DNA of 64,000 bases from Octopus sinensis (Eukaryota). Below are positions 54,997-64,000 of the stretch, piece after piece. The position numbers were made by a program, and so were the translations under genes. The notes below the pieces were generated by a model. That model had not been told where the DNA came from, did no database searches, and saw only the letters and a list, made by a program, of their open reading frames with translations. The stretch covers positions 65,174,464-65,238,463 of the forward strand of contig NC_043011.1 of the NCBI RefSeq assembly GCF_006345805.1. The letters run 5' to 3'. Each line of letters opens with the position of its first letter. The stretch's first letter is position 1.

Positions 54997-56531
54997 CAGG
55001 GTTTCCCGAATTCTAAGCAGCCGATGACTCGGGCTTTAATCATTACCAATAAATATGGTAAGATATAAAAACTATATATCATTACAAAAGCTTCCGGTGT
55101 CATCATTTAATTTCAGACTGCATATATACAGATTTACAAACTTGATAATGGCTGGAGATAAAAATACAATTAAACCCTCCAAAGAGTCGCGAATGTAATT
55201 CAGCGATTGCAAATAAAGATTAAAATCAAATTAACAACACTCCCAAAATTTGCCAAAGAATTTCAAGAGGCTAGTTCCACTGGGTTCAAACTGGACCTGG
55301 TCAAAATGAATTGTGCGAACCCTCAGACTAACAAATGTACCAGAGCAAAGATACTGCGAAATAATCATGCTTCCTTCAAACATTTGGCTGCCAAGTGAAA
55401 TATAAGCAGAACATCGATATATCGAGTGCTGAGGATGGCTGAGATGCAATCCCTACAAGATGATCCGACTGCCATAGCTCTGAAAATATATAAGGGCATT
55501 ACGACAGCAATGAAGTCGTCTTATCGTGCACGCTGCTAACTTTTTCACTGATGAAAAGAAATTTGACATCGAATAGGTATAGTAAGGTACCATGAATGAC
55601 TGTCGTAAACGATATCTAGTTCTGGCAAGACTAAACTCATTAATGGCGGTCAACTACAGAGACATTTATGCTTTGAGCAGATGTGAGAACAGTAGAATGG
55701 GCCCCTCGTTTCTGTGCTCTCGACTGGTTCGAATTAACGAGAGATTTCCAACACTCTAGTAGCTGAAATCCATCCATGGGAGATGAATACTTCTAAGGTG
55801 CACCTTCCAACAAGACAGGGACCATTCCATTTCTCCACACCGACAAAACCCTGGATTCACAAAAACAATCCGTCGTTCTAGCCAAGGATGTATGACCATT
55901 ATGAAGATCGGAAATCAACCCGTTATATTTGGGCAGATGAATACTTCTAAGGTGCACCTTCCAACAAGACAGGGCACCATTCCATTTCTCCACACCGACA
56001 AAACCCTGGATTCACAAAAACAATTCCGTCGTTCATAGCCAAGGATGTATGACCATTATGAAGATCGGAAATCAACCCGTTATATTTTTCTGTTTGGTCC
56101 ATTTCTGAGACGAATTTCACTAGCAAACCTCATGTTTTGCTCGACACTCTGAAGGCGGATCTGCACCAAGAATTCTTTTCCGTATCAAGAACTGCGTCCT
56201 GCGTGTGAAGCATTCGCACATAGACTTAAGCCCGTTATTCGAGACAGATGCAGTCATATCTGAATGCTGTGTCATAATTGTGTTGCATTCACCACTGCAT
56301 TGCAATGCAAGTAGCGGGAATATAATAATTTTTCGCTTGGGCATTCCGTCGAGGTCGTATTTGCCGTTTTTCCCTTGGGGAATCGATAAATTAATTACCA
56401 CTTACATAATGGGGTAGATCTAATTAACTGGCCCCTTCCCCCAAAATTCGAGTCTCCTGCCTAGAGTCGAAAAGAATATTTTGCTATACCAAATAAAAAA
56501 TAATTGGTTGAATTAAATTTAGAACACCCTG
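54997..56531 (+). mobile_element. Block C copy of the 11703-13120 transposon, with an internal tandem duplication of about 153 bp (55777-56085)
   Basis: Same ends as in A; the segment gggcagatgaatacttc...cccgttatattt occurs twice. Confidence 0.8.
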
Positions 56532-57106
56532 TATATATTCTAGCTGGTAGTATAACTATTGCAATAAATATATTTTCCTGAAGCATTGCTACAAAGACAT
56601 CACCTACCTTTTCAGCGTTAGATGTTCTGTGCTTCTGAAAAATTCAAAATGTTTTCAATGCTAAAATATATGAAGCAATTTATGTGCACGCATACGCGGT
56701 ATTGAGGGCCTTAATTCTATCATACAAGGAATGTTATATAATTATGATGAATATACATTTTAGTCAACAATGATTAATAATTGAAAACTTTAGCTGTATG
56801 AACGTGTCTTATTATAGAAATCTTATTTCAGGTATCGAACAATAGAGTTGATGAAATATAGAGAAAATTCTGCCGTAACGGTTTGGTTGCATTTGGACAG
56901 AATTCGGATACATTCAATATCGAAATAAAACGTAACTTACATGACACATCTTCAATGTTTTATACATATCTCGACAATCGCGATGCATGTCTGGAAGATA
57001 ACACTCGTCGAAGGCTTCGGCAGCACTGTTAATGGAATTTCACTTGGAATTTACTCATCGGCTGTTGCTGTATATATGCACTTTTGCTTATAAATATATA
57101 TATATA

Positions 57107-57635
57107 TACAAATAATAAGAGAGAGTCCACCATCTGGTCACTATAATGCTAGAAATAGATCCGCAAAGGGACTCCGCCACTAAATAATTGTTCTCAAGAA
57201 TTAATTCAACACGCCAAAAATGTAAGCGAGCAGGACAAATGAAAAATGACGACAGAATAGATTAACTCCATACAATTGTTTCATCGTTAATAGATTACGT
57301 AGTTTTACTTACATAATTATTTTCGAATCATCAGTGAAGTATATCTTTGTTGGACTTCGTTAGATTTTGGAGTTCGGTTCAGCAAATTATATTTTCGATA
57401 TACTTCACTGATGATTCGAAAATACTGATGTAAGTAAAACTACATAATCTATTAACGATGAAAGAATTGTATGGAGTTAATCTATTCTTTCTTTATTTTT
57501 CCTTTGTCCTGCTCGCTTACATTTTTGGCGTGTTGAATTAATTCTTGAGAACAATCTTTTAGTGGCAGATTCCCTTTGCGGATCTATTTCTAGCGTTAGA
57601 GTGACCACAGGGTGGGCTCTCTCTTATTATTTGTA
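57107..57635. repeat. Block C copy of the long inverted repeat
   Basis: Matches 13697-14225. Confidence 0.9.
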
Positions 57636-57764
57636 TTAACAATTTTTACTGTATCCCAATTTTTTTATACGCTTGGTGTTTTTAAATTGATGTTATTAAT
57701 TAATATTCAATTTTTTTCACCGTTATAATGATTTTAATTATATATATATATATATATATAATAT

Positions 57765-57798
<34 letters not shown>

Positions 57799-57837
57799 AT
57801 TTATATATATATAGATATATATATATATTATATAATT

Positions 57838-57870
<33 letters not shown>

Positions 57871-59347
57871 CATAGATAGATAGTATAGATTGACAGATAT
57901 ATATAATATACATATATTTATATAAGATAGACACATACTACATACATACATACATTTATGCATACATAGATATAGTTAGAGATATACCCACATGCACACA
58001 CCCACACAACACACAAAATATGGGAATGTGTAGGTGCCGTAGCGGATTACCAGGCTCAAATCTCATAGCTGAGAAAGGAGTTATGGAAAGATTGTAGATT
58101 ACCGATATTACGGATGTCACTTGCTAAAATCTAAGCCAAGTGAAGCATTACAAGATGTTTGTATTGGTTTAGCGTTTGTTGTGTGCTTGTGTGTGTTTGT
58201 GGGTCTGGCGTGTATGTGTATAGAAAAGAATAACAAATATGTACAGATGTCAATTCCTTTTATCCCATTGATCGACACATTTAATTTATTAATTAAGATA
58301 TTACATGATTTGAAAGAAGTCGTTCTCGTCAGATGGTTGCACAGACTTCAAGATACAAAAGTAGAATCGCTGCTTTTACATATTCACATCAATATTTGAA
58401 TTCAAATTACATTGTTTATTCTCTGATTCTAAATTCCAACACCAAACTTTATATTACTTATCACTTTGGTGTGTTTTTTTATTATACCCATCTCTAATAT
58501 GATAATCAAAGTAAGTATTGGCAATTATCATCCATTCTTCTTCCACTTATAATCACTTCCCCTTCAGGCATTCCCTTATTAGCACCACACGCCTTACCTC
58601 TTTGCGTAGATAAATCTGGATATAGGGTTCCAGTAGACTGAGTGTATAGTAGAATGCCTGAAGTGATTTATTATCATTAACTAGAATACGGTTGACAATT
58701 CCCTATGGATTTGATTCTAAACGGTTGAAGAGTATACTCTGCATATTGTCTTCGAAGTGTAAGTAAATAGGTTATTTCAATATTTATCCTAACCTCCACT
58801 ATTTCCTCTGCTACTCTCTAAGATATTGTAAACTTGACGAAGTGTACATTACTTCCTAAATTCTGCCAGAGACATGACAACAACAAAAAAAAAACAATGT
58901 AAATGTCTTGAGTTGCATTATTGACGTGAATATGTTAAAACAGTGGTATCATATTTTTTGTTTGAAGTCTGTGCGGTCATTTGACGATATCGGTTCTTTC
59001 AAATGATGTAAGGTTTTCATTAATCATGTGTAGGAGTCTCTTGGAACGGACCTAATGAATTGACACTTGTACATCGTCGTTACTCATTTATATTTTATTC
59101 ACCTACCTTAGAAATAGCCATTCGGATATACAATAGGAATTACCTTTATGCAAAGTGTATGTATGAACTACCAAGAGCAGATGCCTTTACTCAGAGAGAC
59201 TTGCTATTCAATATTCAATTAATATTATTTTGGAATTAGGATTATACCAACTTAACAAGACGTCTCAATTATATACTTAATTCAAAGGAAGCTTAATTAT
59301 ATATATATATATGTATGTATATATAATATATATATATTATATATATA

Positions 59348-59391
<44 letters not shown>

Positions 59392-59520
59392 GGTTGTATA
59401 TCTCATTTTATATAAGCCTTTACTCATATGTAATGGTGTATTAAAGTATTGATTGGGTATAATCGGATAGTTGATGTTTTATTGATTTAATATGTGTTTC
59501 TCCCTTCTCTAATGTTGTAG

Positions 59521-59552
<32 letters not shown>

Positions 59553-59575
59553 TATATAATATATATATAACATAT

Positions 59576-59613
<38 letters not shown>

Positions 59614-61165
59614 ACACCTTTAAACGACGGAGAGGACTATTCATCACCGCTTTTTATACAATTCAGAGTCAAAAAACCCATAGTCGCAATAAGCGACATC
59701 ATATTGACAGCAAAAGGAGGCAAGTTCCCTAAGCAGACGGCATAGCCAGATCATTAATGGTTTTGAAGTTACATTTTAGCTCGGGAGTGCCTCTACCTGA
59801 TGCCTTGGGTTAAATTAAACACAACTTTTCTTCTTCAGAGGCCAACGTAGAAGTCATAAGCTGGTTTTATCATTAATGAAAGAGTACATTATTTATATCA
59901 TCTACATTCGACGGATATTTGCCCTAATCTTGTTTGTTGTTATACACTCCAGCCTTCATCAGGTGACCTGGAGATATTTCAAACCTGCTAGATTTATCAA
60001 TGGCCGGTTACAGGTACACGCTGATCCTTGTAGGACGCCCCCCACACGTGTCATCTGTGTCTGGAATTGGGCCACATAAAGAAAAACTGTCACCCGGACC
60101 AAGCAAAGGTCCTGGATCAGTTAATAGACGAAGTCTCCTGCTCCCCCATTGGAGAGAGAGGAGAAATTCGAGGGGGTGATTAACAAACCCGTATTTTCTG
60201 TGATCTCCCCCGTTTCTCTAAAGAACTTGTTCCTTCATAAATATAAAGTATACTTGAAACAACGCAGGGATCTCTTAATTTCAGTAGTGATAGCAGAATG
60301 TGCCAACCCATGATTTGTAATGTGACCACTCGTCCCCTGATTCTTTTATCATCGTTATGCTGGCCTTCCAGTATTCTCACTTCACTAGTCTACCCTGTTC
60401 TCCCAACAAAGTATACAACGTTCAGACTGTGGCGAGACACTACATTTTCAAATTTACACCGCAGGTTCTATAATTGCGTACACGTTGTATTTTTCAAATA
60501 CACATCTTTCTATTATAAATACACATCTTTCTATTATAAATTATTTAGTAATTAATTACTACAAAATGTATTGTAAACAACGAACATGCCTGCAAGAATT
60601 TACGTGAAAATTCCCAGAAATTCGAAGAAATTATGTACAAATGCAAATGTCTTTGAATTTTATTTCCGTTCTCCAATTTTCTCCATAATCGTATCTATGC
60701 ACATATATTTTGGTTCTATGTCGAATTTCAAATTACAATTAAATGCAATTTTAATAAAGACGGTGACACAGCAGTAACATTGCTGGTAACAATCTTATAT
60801 TTAAAACATTTAATTTAGTATCTTAATCCAAGAAGTTATAAATTTCATACCTACCGGCAGACCGGGTCCGAATGCATATGAGCTAGATAAATCTCGGGAC
60901 AACCAAATTTTACTAATTTTTCACAATAGTCTTTCAAGAGGGATGTTGTTACAGCTAGGATTTGAAAAATACTTTTTTCAATCATACAGTTACGTAGATA
61001 TTTTTTGTAAATTAGCGATTTAAATTGAATCGGTTTCAGACATTCTGTTCAATTTACATTTATATACGTGTGTGGGTGTTTGTGGGTGCATGTCAGGATC
61101 ACTGTGTGTGCGTATGTAAATGTTTGTGTGTGTGTGCATGTGTGAGTATGTGTTTGTATACATAA

Positions 61166-61198
<33 letters not shown>

Positions 61199-61348
61199 AT
61201 AGAAAGGGAGTTACTATACATAAATGCCATACGCTACGAGGGACATTAAAAGTCAAGAATCCCTCATAGCGTGCGGTATCTATGTATAGTATGCCCTATT
61301 ATTTTCTCTTATAAGAATTCTAATAAGGCTTTCATATTTAATCATATA

Positions 61349-61404
<56 letters not shown>

Positions 61405-62674
61405 ATATATCTTCATATATTAAAATAAAGGTAGGATATCTTGTATACGGCAGTACGACCGTTTTGATTAACTCCGTGTAATTGAAAAATGTAATCGCTG
61501 CATCAATTTAAATGCATTGCTATCTTGAGTTACAGAAAATGTTGAATTTTTTGACAAGCTGGACACATTAAATGGAGCCACTTGAAACGGCCGTACTGCA
61601 TTACTACTTGATATTCTTTTGCTTATTTTGAGTTTTTCCACCTTTATTCGAGCTGTGTGGATAATACCAGACTGACTCGGTGCTTCAACTACCCATGTGC
61701 TTTTGAAAACCTAATATATGTATTAACTTGCTCATAATGTCGAAAACACTATATCGGTCGAACTGAAAACGTTTTGCGGCAGCTGATTACGGCACATAGA
61801 CCCCAAATTAAAATACGAGATTACGGTTAATAGGGTTTAACCGGGCACATCGATCTTTGCTCCATTACAAGCCATTCAGCCAAATTCAGCCTTATAAATC
61901 GGGGACAAAGCAAACTAATAAAGCAGCACATAGTAAAGAAGAATATTTTATCCGAAAATATATCCCGCTCCTCATTTCTTCCAACATAGATGAAACTAAT
62001 ACAAGAATTTAGAACAATTCCAACCCTCTATTGCCATGACAACATCAGGTCACATTTAGATCATGTGACCTTTAAGAAATTCAATGAAAATATTTCACAC
62101 CCACCTCACTTTTTTTTTCATTTCTTTTATCCGTTATTCCCCTTTCCTACTCGCCATCATGTTTCATCATCAATCTTCGTTTCCTATCATACTTATTCTC
62201 CTTCTTTTTCTCTTCTCTCTCTATTTCTTCCTTTTACTTGTTCTTCATGTTGTTCTTCTTGTCGGCTTCTTTCTCTCGTCCACTTTCTTTTACCTCTTCT
62301 TCATCTTCCTCTCCATTCTCTCCTCCCTCGGCTGCTCCTGCTTAAACCATCAATTCCCTATACTCATAAAGGTATTCCATTAATACACAATTTTCGTACC
62401 AACTTACCGAAGTTATTCTTGTTGCTTATTTTGATTATAATCACCCCATGGATTTATATGGATAACACCATACAAAATGCTGGTGCATCTAACTTAAGTA
62501 CCATATTCATTTGAAAACTAAATTTTGCTGAACTATATATTTATATATATATATATGTGTGTGTGTGTGTCTGTGTCTGTGTATGTGTGTATATGTATGT
62601 GCATATACACACATGCATGTACATATTTAGATACATACATATATACACAGATATCTATAGGTACACACACACAC

Positions 62675-62713
<39 letters not shown>

Positions 62714-62761
62714 GTTTAAATATGTGTTGGCTAAACTGGCGAAATGACCATTCCGAAATAT

Positions 62762-62803
<42 letters not shown>

Positions 62804-64000
62804 TGAATTATTGGTTAATTGATAAGGGGATAATTGATATGTCTCTAGATTTGTATTTTTGCGGATGTATTATGAAAGTTATTTTCATACCAACAAGTAA
62901 GGGAATAACTGTGAAACTTACCAATTAAGAGAACGAAAATAAACGCAGAAATTTTCATTGTTATTCTGTCTCTTCACAACCGGTTATTTTTGATAACGCT
63001 GTCATCATGTCTCTTTATTTTATATGAAATATAATGCAACATATGTCGTGCTCCGGATATTTATTACTGTTTTCCTGAAGCTGAATTATTGTTTCTGCAC
63101 GTCAGCAGTTTAGAATGTATAAAGATAAAAAGAAACGGCTTTATTGAGATTCTTTTCTAAAATATGTGTCATTAAATAATATGTTAATGCCCAACTTTAA
63201 ATAAATCCCCCCCAGTGCAATCGCAGACACGGGACACACTCACACCGTATATTCTTTCCTCTCCATTCCATTCTATTAGATGATCTTTTTTTTCAATTTT
63301 GTGAATTTGCACCAATTATGTAAACGGTACTGTTTCTTGTGTACATACATATATGTATTACAATCTGAAATTGTTTTGCAGTTGTATCATAATAAGCTTG
63401 CCTTTAGTAATGTTTATATTGAGATAGTAATATCCACGAAATTGACAATAAACAACAATCTCAGCATTCAACATATGACACTATGTCAATGCAACCCACT
63501 GCTCTCTACTTTTAGCATAATTTCAGGTCAAGCTATGCAGATTATATTAAACTTATGTTCAAAATATTTACAGGGTCTCCCGCAATCGATACTACCTATG
63601 TTTCTGGCTTTAATAACTGTGAATAAATAAAATAGGTTATAAAAACTATTTACCATGTGTGTTGCTTTTGCTTCCAACTGATATAGACAGATTTACAAGT
63701 TAGAGGCTTATCTATAACAAAAATACAATAATAAGCACCATAAGTAGGCTAAAGTAACACAGCTATGGCAAAGAAGCTTAACATTAATGTAGCAACACTT
63801 GGAAAATTGTCAATGAATTTCAAAGGAATGGCTCCAGGTTGCATCGACCCGAAGATAGGCAAAAGCAATTGTGGGCAAAACTTAGTTTATCGAAAGTACC
63901 AGTATAAAGGTGCTGCGCGATCTTCGTGATTTCATAAACAAACTAACTGCCAAGACACAAATGACATATAAGACCCAGTCCTATAATATAAACTGTCATC

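Larger units (their letters stand above)
48198..64000 (+). repeat. Block C: near-identical copy of 1-21060 (segmental duplication or co-assembled haplotype)
   Basis: Collinear from position 1 (48198) to 21060 (64000), with large indels explaining the offset change from about 48.2 to 42.9 kb. Confidence 0.95.

Overview
AT-rich, microsatellite-dense eukaryotic DNA. The (TA)n/(TAA)n/(GATA)n arrays, tRNA-headed SINEs, R4/Dong-like LINE, mariner/Tc1 fossils and decayed C2H2 zinc-finger array suggest an octopod cephalopod; this is inferred, not database-checked. Most of the window is transposon debris. It is arranged as three paralogous blocks: A (1-21060), a diverged B (about 29950-37400) and C (48198-64000, a near-copy of A). 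No rRNA, tRNA gene or CRISPR array is supported. The main signal is missed by the ORF track: each block carries a small spliced gene for a secreted Cys-containing peptide. A 40-nt signal-peptide exon (B 25819-25858, C 46346-46385, both phase 1 with gtaagt donors) joins a 104-nt exon (A 487-590, B 31417-31520, C 48989-49092). This gives 47-aa precursors MMKIVWCLLVFVSGVSS|ICTLDLCKNAAGYYWCNTYNGNAAVRPVHG (B) and MMKIVAFIFVLLICVSSS CIIGMCTGYSGFRCGTSYSENAGVRPAQR (C; A has an identical exon 2). By hand count the peptide exon is about 68% identical between A and B, while a nearby neutral transposon fossil is about 95% identical. That is the diversification pattern known from venom, antimicrobial and pheromone peptide families. 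I do not recognise the family. Its function, 3' end and the reality of the A/C duplication need RNA-seq and read-depth checks.
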